A DNA stretch of 64,000 nucleotides from a virus. This document shows positions 45,989-55,865 of this stretch, piece by piece. The stretch's first letter is position 1. Each line of letters opens with the position of its first letter. The stretch covers positions 1 through 64,000 of the IMG/VR virus record IMGVR_UViG_3300023179_000037; one strand, 5' to 3'. A program made the translations under genes and the position numbers. The notes beneath the pieces are model-generated. The model ran no database searches. It had not been told where the DNA came from and saw only the letters and a list, made by a program, of their open reading frames with translations.

Positions 45989-46016
45989 ACTAATTAAATT
46001 TTTACGAGGCAAAATT

Positions 46017-46589
46017 ATGGTAAGAGAATGGGTAGTTTTTGAAAAAGCATTTTCACCGGACGCATGCGACACTCTAATAGCTTTATGTAATATGTTGCCA
46101 AAAGAAAATGCCAATATTGGTCCCGCAGGCACTACGGTAAATGATGATTATCGAAAAAGTGATATTGCTTTTATACAAGTAGATAATACTAAATTTAGTG
46201 GTCTTTTCGACAGTTTGTGGAAATTAATTTGGGCATCAAATTCCCAATTTTTTGATTTTCATATTAGTAAATTAGACTTTATGCAGTATGCCGAATATAC
46301 AGCTGATAAGAAAAGTGAGTATAAAAAGCATCAAGATGTTTTTTGGATAAATAATGCTCCGTATTATCATAGAAAACTTACTGCTGTTCTACAATTAAGT
46401 GATGAAACCGCTTATGAGGGTGGAAATTTGGAATTTTATGATCTAAACGAAAACCCAGACAATACTATAGTCAGAAAACAAGGAAGTCTAATAATTTTTC
46501 CCTCTTTTTATTATCATTGTGTAACCCCTGTTACTAAAGGTAAAAGAGAAAGTATTACAGCTTGGGTTGATGGACCCAAATGGCGATAA
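46017..46589 (+). CDS. 2OG-Fe(II) oxygenase (PKHD-type)
   Basis: HQD, RKLTAVLQLS, YEGG, H.VTPVTKG.R, W..GP.WR. Confidence 0.88.
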   Translation: MVREWVVFEKAFSPDACDTLIALCNMLPKENANIGPAGTTVNDDYRKSDIAFIQVDNTKFSGLFDSLWKLIWASNSQFFDFHISKLDFMQYAEYTADKKSEYKKHQDVFWINNAPYYHRKLTAVLQLSDETAYEGGNLEFYDLNENPDNTIVRKQGSLIIFPSFYYHCVTPVTKGKRESITAWVDGPKWR

Positions 46590-46592
46590 AGT

Positions 46593-47405
46593 ATGAATAT
46601 TCTAATCACCGGACATAAAGGGTTTATTGGTCAGAATATGGTGAAGGCATTATCTGATCATAATCTTTACTTTTATGAATGGGGAGATAATGTAAATATT
46701 AATGATATAAAAAAGTTAGATTGGGTTGTTCATCTTGGAGCCATAACTTCTACCACTGAAACTAATGTTGAAAAAGTATATAGACAAAACGTAGAATTTA
46801 CATTAGTTCTTAGTAAAATATGCAGAGAATTAAATATAAATTTACAATATGCAAGCTCTGCTAGTGTTTATGGCTCTAACACAAATTTTGAGGAAAATGC
46901 GCCAAAATCTCCTCAAAGCCCATATGCCTGGTCAAAATTTTTAATAGACAAGTATATGGACGGAATGTATTTTAAAAACAAACAAAATATTATTGTACAA
47001 GGTTTAAGATATTTTAATGTCTATGGTCCCCACGAAGACCATAAAGGTGATCAAGCTAGTCCTTTCTTTAAATTTAAAAAACAAGCAGAAGAGACAGGAG
47101 TGATAACTATTTTTGAAAATAGTGAAAACTATAGAAGAGATTTCATTCATGTAGATACAGTATGTAATATTCACAAAATAATGTTAAGAAAAGAAGTATC
47201 AGGAATTTTTAATGTCGGTATGGGGGACACTAAATCTTTTCTAGAGATTGCAAAAGAGATTGCAGATGTATATAATGCAAAAATAGAATTTATTCCTATG
47301 CCAGAAAATATTAAAAGGCAGTATCAAGCTTATACTTGTGCAGATGTAACTAAACTAAATGAGGTATTAAATGGCACGAATAACGTCGGAAGTGGCATCG
47401 AATAA
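46593..47405 (+). CDS. hldD: ADP-L-glycero-D-manno-heptose 6-epimerase-like SDR
   Basis: HLGAITSTT, YASSASVYG, YAWSK, RYFNVYGPHEDHKG, YQAYTCAD. Confidence 0.82.
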   Translation: MNILITGHKGFIGQNMVKALSDHNLYFYEWGDNVNINDIKKLDWVVHLGAITSTTETNVEKVYRQNVEFTLVLSKICRELNINLQYASSASVYGSNTNFEENAPKSPQSPYAWSKFLIDKYMDGMYFKNKQNIIVQGLRYFNVYGPHEDHKGDQASPFFKFKKQAEETGVITIFENSENYRRDFIHVDTVCNIHKIMLRKEVSGIFNVGMGDTKSFLEIAKEIADVYNAKIEFIPMPENIKRQYQAYTCADVTKLNEVLNGTNNVGSGIE

Positions 47406-47595
47406 AATTGGTAGTAAATATGACATGATTTTAATTGCTGCGGTTCGAGCAAGAGAACTGTCAAGGGGATATAAATCTACATTAGGAGAAAAAAATAGGC
47501 CTATTGTTACTGCCATTAAAGAAATTGAACAAGGTATAATTGGCAGAGAATATCTTAGGAAAGTAAAAAATGCTTCAAAAACAAAAAGGAAGTAA
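47371..47595 (+). CDS. rpoZ: RNA polymerase omega subunit homolog
   Basis: MARIT...KYDMILIAAVRARELSRG...PIVTAIKEIEQG. Confidence 0.85.
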   Translation: MARITSEVASNKIGSKYDMILIAAVRARELSRGYKSTLGEKNRPIVTAIKEIEQGIIGREYLRKVKNASKTKRK

Positions 47596-47737
47596 AACAG
47601 TTTGTATTCATTCTAGAACTTTTGGTGGTTATAGATTATTTTTATATAATGCGTATTATGATTCCCAGGAAGAATTATACTTCGAATCATTAGAACAAGC
47701 AGAAGATTATGCAAATATTTGGCTAACTTCAGATTGA
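47570..47737 (+). CDS. 55-aa hypothetical protein
   Basis: Hand-translated; ends LEQAEDYANIW. Confidence 0.45.
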   Translation: MLQKQKGSKTVCIHSRTFGGYRLFLYNAYYDSQEELYFESLEQAEDYANIWLTSD

Positions 47738-47762
47738 CATCTATATCAAATAATATTAAAAT
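47734..47762 (+). promoter_or_regulatory. sigma70-type promoter
   Basis: TTGACA-17-TAAAAT. Confidence 0.75.
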
Positions 47763-47817
47763 AAGAAATGGTGACATTCGCACACCTTAATGCGAATTTT
47801 TTTTAAATGGAGTAATT

Positions 47818-48066
47818 ATGCTTAAAACTCGTGTATTGAAAGTACTACAATCTGGTCATCAGTTTACCCCAGCACAACTTGCAGGTTTGACAAATTCTTC
47901 TGAAGACAGCATTCGCCCTCGTATTAGCGAGCTTCGTTCTGAAGGATATGCTATCTATACCAATACCACTAAAAATGGAAAATCAGCATATCGTCTTGGT
48001 AAACCAAGTCGTGCTATGGTAGCTGCTGCATATAAACAAGCAGGCAGTGAAGCATTTTCAGCCTAA
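47818..48066 (+). CDS. winged-helix HTH DNA-binding protein
   Basis: FTPAQLA...RISELRSEGYAIY...YRLG. Confidence 0.75.
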   Translation: MLKTRVLKVLQSGHQFTPAQLAGLTNSSEDSIRPRISELRSEGYAIYTNTTKNGKSAYRLGKPSRAMVAAAYKQAGSEAFSA

Positions 48067-48073
48067 TTGATAT

Positions 48074-48097
48074 GCCGAGGGACTCCCTCGGCTTTTT
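48074..48097 (+). terminator. intrinsic terminator
   Basis: GCCGAGGG/CCCTCGGC followed by T5. Confidence 0.8.
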
Positions 48098-48100
48098 ACT

Positions 48101-48661
48101 ATGAATACATTTGATTTTACTGAGAAGGCATTAGTTAAAGAAGCTAGACGTCTTAATCTTGTCAAGAAAGTTGGCGAACGAAACTTAACTGAAGATGAAA
48201 CTAGTCTATTGGTAGCGTTTACTAAATACGAATACCAACTAAAGAAAGAAAAACTTAAGAATCTACCTGAAAGTAAATTACGAAAACTAAAAGAAAGGCA
48301 TGGTGCCAGTTATCGTAGACGCAAAGCTGATCCTTTACGTTTCGGTAAAATGGAACATACTGCTCTCAAAACAAGAGCAAAATCAAAAGATCTTAAATTT
48401 GATCTTACTCCAGAATACATTCAAAAGAAATTTGACGAATGTGACGGAAAATGTGCTATTACCAAAATTCCCTTTAGTATGGAGATGGGTACCAAAGGAA
48501 AACGAAATCCTTATAGACCCAGTGTAGATCGAATTAACTCAAATAGAGGATATATTAAAGGGAATATTCAAGTAGTATTAGCTGTCGTAAATACTATGAA
48601 AATGGATTATACCAATGATATTTTACACCCTGTAGTTAAAGCATGGGCAGAAAATATTTAA
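48101..48661 (+). CDS. His-Me/HNH-like endonuclease-family protein
   Basis: GKCAIT...PSVDRINSNRGYIKGNIQVV...VN..K. Confidence 0.7.
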   Translation: MNTFDFTEKALVKEARRLNLVKKVGERNLTEDETSLLVAFTKYEYQLKKEKLKNLPESKLRKLKERHGASYRRRKADPLRFGKMEHTALKTRAKSKDLKFDLTPEYIQKKFDECDGKCAITKIPFSMEMGTKGKRNPYRPSVDRINSNRGYIKGNIQVVLAVVNTMKMDYTNDILHPVVKAWAENI

Positions 48662-48678
48662 TTTTAATCACTATCTTC

Positions 48679-48703
48679 AGGGGCCTTCGGGCCCTTTCTT
48701 TTT
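48679..48703 (+). terminator. intrinsic terminator with UUCG tetraloop
   Basis: GGGCC-TTCG-GGCCC followed by a T-rich run. Confidence 0.85.
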
Positions 48704-48755
48704 GATTTTCTAGAACTAATAAATATTAGAATAAATTTGTTCTAATGGAGAAAAA

Positions 48756-49880
48756 ATGGCCTCACTTTTTAAAAATTTTAGGCAAAAACTTGATGAAGCT
48801 AGGGGATTTATTAGCAGCTATGGTAATGAAGCAGAAAAACATAAAATGAAATATCTAGATCCATACGTTGGTTCTGAAAATCCCACACATGAGGTTGGAA
48901 CCAAACATGAAAATTTAAAAATTGGATCTAAAGTTAGATTACATTCTGTCTATACTGGAAATGATAAAAAAAATTATGCTGTAGTTTCCGGTGAAGATAA
49001 AAAACAAGTTACTATTCCTGTTTCTAAGTTATTAAAACCCGGTGAGGAAAAGGTTAATCTTGGTACTAAATACGAATCAGACTTTGTGGATAGACTTAGA
49101 AAACATGGATTAGTTCCAGAAAAATTTCAAGCTGCAGGATCTACTGCAGGCGCAGATGTTATGGTTTTGAATAAAAAGAAAAATATTACACACCCAGGTC
49201 GAGTGATGAGTGGGGATAGTGTGTTTCAAGGCGAGGTCAAACAAGATATAACCGCAGCTATGGGGCAGTTAACAATTAGACACAATAAAGAAAAAGGATG
49301 GCATATTCCAGATGATGCAAGAGCCAAAAGACCTAAATATGCCGCCGAAATAGAAAAGGCAGGCATTTTAGAACACATGAATAAAACAATACCCGATCCA
49401 AATACAGCAGAAACAACCGCTAGTGGTAGAGCCAAAAGTATTGTTTTGAAACATTCTGATCTATCTCCTGCAGATGCGTATTTACAAGATCATCATGTTG
49501 ATTTTGTTCAAGTAGGTTCGGGGTTCGGTACCTATAAGGTAGGAGACAAGGATAAAACAGAGCATGGATTGCCCGGATTACGAGGTAACGGGAAATGGAC
49601 TATTAGAGAAAAACAAGCAGGCAATAAGAATTCTAGAACAGTAATGTTTCAACCCGATGGTAAAAAGGGTTTGATAAAAAGTCATGTAAATTTAGATGAT
49701 GATAAACATTTAGAAGATTTTAAAAAGACTCTTGGTCATAGTGTAGTAAATAAAACTAAAGAAAACCAAAACGTACCTGAAACAAAGCAATCTGCAACTA
49801 AAAATGCACAGTTATCTGCAGAACCTTCTCATATTATTGTCCATGCTGGTGATACGAATAAAAAAATAAGAATAAAATAA
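48756..49880 (+). CDS. putative PD-(D/E)xK nuclease-like protein
   Basis: KYE...AGADV...GEVK spacing. Confidence 0.45.
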   Translation: MASLFKNFRQKLDEARGFISSYGNEAEKHKMKYLDPYVGSENPTHEVGTKHENLKIGSKVRLHSVYTGNDKKNYAVVSGEDKKQVTIPVSKLLKPGEEKVNLGTKYESDFVDRLRKHGLVPEKFQAAGSTAGADVMVLNKKKNITHPGRVMSGDSVFQGEVKQDITAAMGQLTIRHNKEKGWHIPDDARAKRPKYAAEIEKAGILEHMNKTIPDPNTAETTASGRAKSIVLKHSDLSPADAYLQDHHVDFVQVGSGFGTYKVGDKDKTEHGLPGLRGNGKWTIREKQAGNKNSRTVMFQPDGKKGLIKSHVNLDDDKHLEDFKKTLGHSVVNKTKENQNVPETKQSATKNAQLSAEPSHIIVHAGDTNKKIRIK

Positions 49881-51043
49881 TGTATTCCTTTAAGTCATAT
49901 TTTTATGAATCAGTGACGGATGAGAGCAAACTAACTCATCTTGAACATTTAGAAGACCATGTGATAAATGCTGGATCGGAAGGATTTCACCATGCTGTTA
50001 ACAATCTAGTACAGACGCACAATCTTTTAACTGGAAAAAAATCTAATGCTTCCATTTCCACAAAATATGATGGAAGTCCAAGTATAATAGCCGGACATAA
50101 TCCTGAGAATGGTAAATTCTTTGTGGCATCAAAATCCGTATTCAATAAAAACCCAAAATTAAATTATACAATCGAGGATATAGCTAAAAATCATGGCCAT
50201 GCGCCTGGATTAGTATCTAAATTAAGTCATGCATTAAAATATCTACCAAAGGTGATACCCCCGGGTAAAGTATATCAAGGCGATCTAATGTATAGTAAAG
50301 ATGACGGTGATGTGCAAGAGACTAAAGATAGTTATCACTTTAAACCCAATACTATTACTTATTCAGTAAAAAAGAATAATCCAGAAGCCAATAAAATTAA
50401 AAAAGCTAAATTAGGTGTTGCTTTTCATACTGCATATAGTGGACCTAGTTTAGACAATATGAAGGCAGAATATAATGCCGACACCGGACATCTAAAAGCT
50501 AACGACAATGTTCATATCATCAATACAAAGTTTGATCATACCGCTGCTACGTTAACTCCTAAAGCAAATGAAGAATATAATAAACATTTTTCTGCTGCTA
50601 TTGCTGAACACAATAAATTACAAAATTATGGACATCAGAATGGCCATGAGGATAGAATGAAGGAATATATTAATCAAACAGTTAAAGATGAATCAACGCC
50701 TAATACTAATGATTACAAAAAGTATCTAAAATCTTGGCATAGTAAACAGATAGATAAGGTGAAGACTCAAGTAGCCAAACAAAGAAAAACTAATGAGATG
50801 AATAGTGTTCTAAATCACGTTGATACTCATAAATCTCATTTTGATTCAAGTTTTAAGATACACCATCATCTACAAAAGGCTAAAGACATTTTGACACACT
50901 CTATGGCAGCTGCAGACTTTGATTATAACCATAGTATAAATGGAAAAGCAGCAAAACCAGAAGGTTTTGTAGTTGCCATAAATAACCGACCAACTAAATT
51001 TGTTGACAGAGAAGAATTTAGTAAAGCTAATTTTCAAAGATGA
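49880..51043 (+). CDS. conserved T4-like protein with ligase-type KxDG motif
   Basis: THLEHLED, KYDGSP, YQGDLMY, PEGFV, KFVDREEFS. Confidence 0.6.
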   Translation: MYSFKSYFYESVTDESKLTHLEHLEDHVINAGSEGFHHAVNNLVQTHNLLTGKKSNASISTKYDGSPSIIAGHNPENGKFFVASKSVFNKNPKLNYTIEDIAKNHGHAPGLVSKLSHALKYLPKVIPPGKVYQGDLMYSKDDGDVQETKDSYHFKPNTITYSVKKNNPEANKIKKAKLGVAFHTAYSGPSLDNMKAEYNADTGHLKANDNVHIINTKFDHTAATLTPKANEEYNKHFSAAIAEHNKLQNYGHQNGHEDRMKEYINQTVKDESTPNTNDYKKYLKSWHSKQIDKVKTQVAKQRKTNEMNSVLNHVDTHKSHFDSSFKIHHHLQKAKDILTHSMAAADFDYNHSINGKAAKPEGFVVAINNRPTKFVDREEFSKANFQR

Positions 51044-51555
51044 AATCATTTAGAGATTACAATAAACAAAAAGAAATTATTAGAGATTTCGTAGAATATA
51101 CTAGTAAAGAACTTGGACTTAAAGAAGTCCCTAAAGTTTTCTTTAGTGATTCAAAAAAAGAAGCATTTGATAATACAAGCTTCGGACATTATAATCCAAG
51201 CGAAAACAAAATAATGGTAAATACTGCAGGTAGGCATCTTGCAGACATACTCAGAACATTAGGTCACGAAATGGTTCATCATAAACAAAACGAAGATGGT
51301 AGACTTCATGCATTAGCTGGTGAAACAGGATCATCCTTTGAAAATGAAGCAAATTCTATGGCTGGTATACTTCTTCGTAATTTCGGTAGATCTAATCCAA
51401 CTATATACGAAGACTATGAAAACCATTATCGCTTCGATTGGGGAACTCCCGAAGGAACAAAATATATGATGAGCTTACATCCTTGGAATATAATATCACC
51501 TACAACAGCTAAAGAAATAATCAAAAATAAAATTAAAAATAGAAATTTAAAGTAA
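51040..51555 (+). CDS. zincin-like metallopeptidase
   Basis: RTLGHEMVH...ENEANSMAG. Confidence 0.7.
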   Translation: MKSFRDYNKQKEIIRDFVEYTSKELGLKEVPKVFFSDSKKEAFDNTSFGHYNPSENKIMVNTAGRHLADILRTLGHEMVHHKQNEDGRLHALAGETGSSFENEANSMAGILLRNFGRSNPTIYEDYENHYRFDWGTPEGTKYMMSLHPWNIISPTTAKEIIKNKIKNRNLK

Positions 51556-51601
51556 CTTTATCATCTAGGCTCATAGTAAATAATAACACCTTGTCAATAG
51601 A

Positions 51602-52366
51602 ATGTCTATAAAATCTATCAAAGAAAAGCAACTTTTGGTCAACTTAGCCAATTATTTTGGACAGAAAGTCGATAAATCTATAATTGAGGATGTGAATATA
51701 CGCAATAATTTAGTTAATAATATAAAAGAAAATATTCGCTCTAATGTTTTTGAAGATTTATCGGATGCATTGGATCTTATAAAGAATGAAACAAATAAAG
51801 TATCACAATTGCAAAATAATACTTTACCAAATATATCAGATCATCTAATAGAAAAAAAAGTTATTATAGTAGAAGAAAAAAATGAAGAGATAGGTTTTAG
51901 CCGAAGTCTTACTGATCTTGCCTCGGAAGCTATTACTGCTAGCGCAAAAAGAGACTCCTTCCAGCAACCTGATCCCTTGTTGGTGGCGCCAGATATAAAT
52001 TCTATTCAAAAGAAAATTAGATATCTTGAGCAATGGATAGCTAAATTATCTGAAACAGGTCCAGGAGGGGGAGCAGGATCAGTAGCTAGATTAGATCATG
52101 AAACTAAACTGGTAACTACTCCTTATTATGAAATAACAACCAAAGATTTTTATATAGGTATAAATTACAATGGTAATGTTACTATTACTTTGCCAAGTAT
52201 TATAAATGCTGGTAGAATGTATATTATAAAAGATGAATCTGGAAACTGTTCTGTAAATCCAATAACTGTTTTAGGGACAGTTGACAATGATGCAGGTGGT
52301 TTTATTTTACAACAAGATAATGGCGGTGTACAATTAATTTATAGAAATGGTTGGAGAATAGTATGA
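51602..52366 (+). CDS. hypothetical protein with tail-fibre-like C-terminal module
   Basis: GPGGG linker; ITLP...IIKDESG...NGW. Confidence 0.55.
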   Translation: MSIKSIKEKQLLVNLANYFGQKVDKSIIEDVNIRNNLVNNIKENIRSNVFEDLSDALDLIKNETNKVSQLQNNTLPNISDHLIEKKVIIVEEKNEEIGFSRSLTDLASEAITASAKRDSFQQPDPLLVAPDINSIQKKIRYLEQWIAKLSETGPGGGAGSVARLDHETKLVTTPYYEITTKDFYIGINYNGNVTITLPSIINAGRMYIIKDESGNCSVNPITVLGTVDNDAGGFILQQDNGGVQLIYRNGWRIV

Positions 52367-53649
52367 CTTATCTATTTACTACTAGTAATACAGCTACTAT
52401 AGTTAACGAAGTAGAAATAAAAAATAATTCTGGCAATGCTATATCTGTGGTACTTGCCGAAACTAATTACGATTCTTTTGGTAGATTTAGAACTACAACG
52501 CCCTATACTCTATTTGATTCCTCACAAAGATATGCCGATAATGGCAAATTTGCAACATCTAATACTGCAACCACCAGCTATTCTTTTCAGGCAAATACAG
52601 CTAGCATAGATATGGTGGTTGATACAACAGCTAATGCTAAAGTTTATAGAGAAAGCTACAGAGTATTTGCCTATCAACCAGGCAAATCCTTGCAGATTAT
52701 TAACACATTTGTCATGAATGCCAGCAAGGCAAATCTCAGACAGCGTGTAGGATATTTTAGTACAGACAATGGTATTTTTCTAGAGCAGTCAGATGATGTA
52801 TATTTTGTAAAACGATCCAAGGTAACTGGATCAGTTATAGATACAAAAATTGCACAATCTAATTGGAACATAGATCCCATGAATGGAACTGGTCCTTCAG
52901 GATTGACGTTAAATCTAAACTATCCGCAAATCTTTTGGATGGACATAGAATGGTTGGGTGTTGGCACAGTAAGAATGGGATTTGTAGTTAATGGTCGATT
53001 TATTCATTGTCATTCCATACACCATGCAAATCTTTCTAGCTCGCCTGCTGGCGCTTATATGCAAACAGCATGTCTGCCGGTAAGATATGAAATAGAAAAC
53101 ACTGGAGCAACTGCGAGTTCTTCTACTCTTAAGCAAATATGCTCTACAGTGATTTCAGAGGGTGGTTATGAACTAGCAGGAAAAATGCGAACCATAGGTA
53201 TGCAACCTATTACTGCTGCTAATTATAATCTAGCAACAGCCAATGTATTTTATCCAGTGGCCAGTATTAGATTAAAATCCACTCATTTAGATGCCATTGT
53301 CATTCCTAAGAACATAGCTTTGGTTGGTACAACACAAAGTGATTTTAGATACAAGATTATTTCTAATGCTAATGTTACTGGAGGTTCTTGGGTTTCTGAC
53401 GGCGCAGATTCTGCTGTAGAATACAACCTCTCTGGCACTTCTTTTACTGGAGGAACAGACTTAAGATCTTCTTATCTAATATCTACAGGTAGCCAGAGCT
53501 TAACTGTTGATCTCAGAGATGGTGATTTTAAATTTCAATTAGAAAGAGATAGTTTTACTGCAACTCCCATAACCTTTACCCTAGTAGCTGCTGCTAAAAA
53601 TAATAATGATAAAGTATTGGCTTCTATAGATTGGGAAGAAATCACATAG
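52363..53649 (+). CDS. putative structural beta-sandwich protein
   Basis: DSFGRFR, YQPGKS, DIEWLGVG, CSTVISEGG. Confidence 0.55.
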   Translation: MTYLFTTSNTATIVNEVEIKNNSGNAISVVLAETNYDSFGRFRTTTPYTLFDSSQRYADNGKFATSNTATTSYSFQANTASIDMVVDTTANAKVYRESYRVFAYQPGKSLQIINTFVMNASKANLRQRVGYFSTDNGIFLEQSDDVYFVKRSKVTGSVIDTKIAQSNWNIDPMNGTGPSGLTLNLNYPQIFWMDIEWLGVGTVRMGFVVNGRFIHCHSIHHANLSSSPAGAYMQTACLPVRYEIENTGATASSSTLKQICSTVISEGGYELAGKMRTIGMQPITAANYNLATANVFYPVASIRLKSTHLDAIVIPKNIALVGTTQSDFRYKIISNANVTGGSWVSDGADSAVEYNLSGTSFTGGTDLRSSYLISTGSQSLTVDLRDGDFKFQLERDSFTATPITFTLVAAAKNNNDKVLASIDWEEIT

Positions 53650-53672
53650 TAATTAACCAAAATATCTAATTT

Positions 53673-53680
53673 TATAAATA
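53673..53680 (+). promoter_or_regulatory. T4-type late promoter
   Basis: TATAAATA upstream of 53710. Confidence 0.6.
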
Positions 53681-53709
53681 AATAGATAACTATATTCTAA
53701 TGGACAACT

Positions 53710-55434
53710 ATGGCAATTAACGAATCAAAACACGAGGATCATGCTTTTGCAATAGGCGGATTCTCGCCCTTTACCCTAGGTCATCAAGCTGTAGCAAGGG
53801 AAATGCAAAAGGGTAAACACGCCAGTGTTAGTGTATACACCACTAAAGCTACCACTAGACCTATTCCTGTTGACAAAAAAGTAGAATATATCAAAAAATC
53901 TGTTGCGCCTTCCATACATGTGGGTGCAACAGTTACTCCACTTCACGCTCTATCAGATATGCACTCTAGAGGTTTGAGAGGATCCGTCACTTTCTATGGT
54001 GGTTCTGACAGAAAACCTATAGTTGACAGATTAAAACAATATAATGGTAAAGAGGGAGGACATGGTTATTATAAATTTGATGCTATTCATTTCAAACAGG
54101 TAGGCGGAGAAAGAAAAGAGGGAGCAAGTGGTCTAGCTGGTATTTCTGGTACTGCTGCCAGAGCTTCTAAGTCGCCCGAAGAACTGAAAAAGTTTATTCC
54201 GAAAGAATTGCACAAGCACGCTACTGAGATATTTAATCATATTCAAGATAAAACAAGTCAAAAGAAACCTATAAGGGAAAGATATATAAACGAGGAATTA
54301 TTTAATCTGTTAGATACTGTAGAGACGAAAGAGGGCCATATTGGAGAAATAGTATACAGAGGTTCAAATTATGTTACTATTCAATTACCAAATAATCAAA
54401 CAGTTAAGTCTTGGATTTATGAAATAAAAGAATCAAAACAAAATAAAATAGTAATAGAAAATACATTACCTGCAGAAAAAGAAAATACCTATGTTGTTAG
54501 ATATAGGCATAAAATAAATGAAAAAATTCCTGCTCTATTATTACCATCAAAAAAATTAATAGAAGAAATGGGACAAGTAAAATACGATGATTATACTACT
54601 AAAAATTTAGAAATAGATAAAACAGCTGGAAGATTACTAAAATCTATATCAACTAGAAATGATCTTAATCCAAAATATGTTAAACAGGCTATCATGGCAG
54701 TAGATAAAATGTTTGATATTGAAAAACAGGCAGCTAAAGGTAAAATTCCACCGGAAAAAGTGCACGATTTTACAATGTATGCTTCTATTGCGCATGATAC
54801 TCTTAATCTTCTTGGATATCAAGATAAAGAAATAATGTTTGTACAAAAACATTACATAGATTTTTCTAAAAATGTTGATGAAGATGATGCGGATCTTCAA
54901 GATGATGCCCCTGGACATTTAGTTGGGATTCATGGTGGGGGTGAAATCGATGAATGGACCGCCCCAGAAGAAAATAGATTTATTCAAAAGGGAAGAGCAA
55001 GTCCTGGCATGTTTAAAAAAATATCAACTGCTGACTACGAGACCAGAACCAGCCCTGATGGTAAAACTTATAAAGTAAAAAAACAAATTATTAGTAAAGG
55101 TCATCAAAAAATAGATGATAAAGATAAATCTAATGTACAACCATTTGTAGGAATGTACGAGGAAAAAATGAAATTTAACTACGATAAACCTATTAAAAAT
55201 CTAACTCATGATACAACTAAACCTGATAATAGAGTAGGATTAGTACCATTTAGTGATTTTTTAAAAATGAAACTTGATCAAAAAAATAAAGTATTTGGAA
55301 CAGAGATAGGAGGATCAAGTATTCAACAGCCTCCCCCAACATCTAATCAGACGAATTCAAAAAGTTTAGATTTAATTTCTAAAACAAAACAGGCAAAAAC
55401 AGCAGCAAAAAGAATTCAAATGGGACTTGATTGA
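53710..55434 (+). CDS. cytidylyltransferase-like (HIGH superfamily) multidomain protein
   Basis: GGFSPFTLGH, GSDR, GISGTAAR. Confidence 0.65.
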   Translation: MAINESKHEDHAFAIGGFSPFTLGHQAVAREMQKGKHASVSVYTTKATTRPIPVDKKVEYIKKSVAPSIHVGATVTPLHALSDMHSRGLRGSVTFYGGSDRKPIVDRLKQYNGKEGGHGYYKFDAIHFKQVGGERKEGASGLAGISGTAARASKSPEELKKFIPKELHKHATEIFNHIQDKTSQKKPIRERYINEELFNLLDTVETKEGHIGEIVYRGSNYVTIQLPNNQTVKSWIYEIKESKQNKIVIENTLPAEKENTYVVRYRHKINEKIPALLLPSKKLIEEMGQVKYDDYTTKNLEIDKTAGRLLKSISTRNDLNPKYVKQAIMAVDKMFDIEKQAAKGKIPPEKVHDFTMYASIAHDTLNLLGYQDKEIMFVQKHYIDFSKNVDEDDADLQDDAPGHLVGIHGGGEIDEWTAPEENRFIQKGRASPGMFKKISTADYETRTSPDGKTYKVKKQIISKGHQKIDDKDKSNVQPFVGMYEEKMKFNYDKPIKNLTHDTTKPDNRVGLVPFSDFLKMKLDQKNKVFGTEIGGSSIQQPPPTSNQTNSKSLDLISKTKQAKTAAKRIQMGLD

Positions 55435-55865
55435 TGGAACAATTGCAATTAGTTTTAAATAAAGTTTTAGCTGACACATTTGGTATGTATTATAAGGCAC
55501 ATACTTATCATTGGAATATTGAAGGTCCCAATTTTCCTCAATATCATACTTTTTTAAACAATCTATATGAAGAATTATTTGAAGCTGTAGATAATATAGC
55601 TGAATTTTTAAAAGCTATAGATGGATATCCACCGAAAAAATTATCGGCATTACAAAATATGATGTCCATAATTGAATCTGAACCTGATACGGCATTAGAG
55701 ATGATTAATGATTTAAACATTACTAATAACTTAGTTTTGATTTCATTAATGAGGGCATATCAATTAGCAGATGATGCTGATGAATTAGGTTTAGCTAATT
55801 TTATTCAAGATAGAATAGGTGTTCATCAGAAACATGGTTGGATGTTAAAAACAATACTAAAATGA
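55434..55865 (+). CDS. dps: Dps/ferritin-like protein
   Basis: HTYHWNIEGPNF..YH, D.IAE, H.K..WML. Confidence 0.88.
   Translation: MEQLQLVLNKVLADTFGMYYKAHTYHWNIEGPNFPQYHTFLNNLYEELFEAVDNIAEFLKAIDGYPPKKLSALQNMMSIIESEPDTALEMINDLNITNNLVLISLMRAYQLADDADELGLANFIQDRIGVHQKHGWMLKTILK

Noticed and set aside
45231-46589. 2OG-Fe(II) oxygenases as TET/JBP DNA-base hydroxylases
   Set aside because: Motifs match prolyl-hydroxylase/PKHD-type enzymes common in T4-like phages, and they are unlinked to the modification cluster
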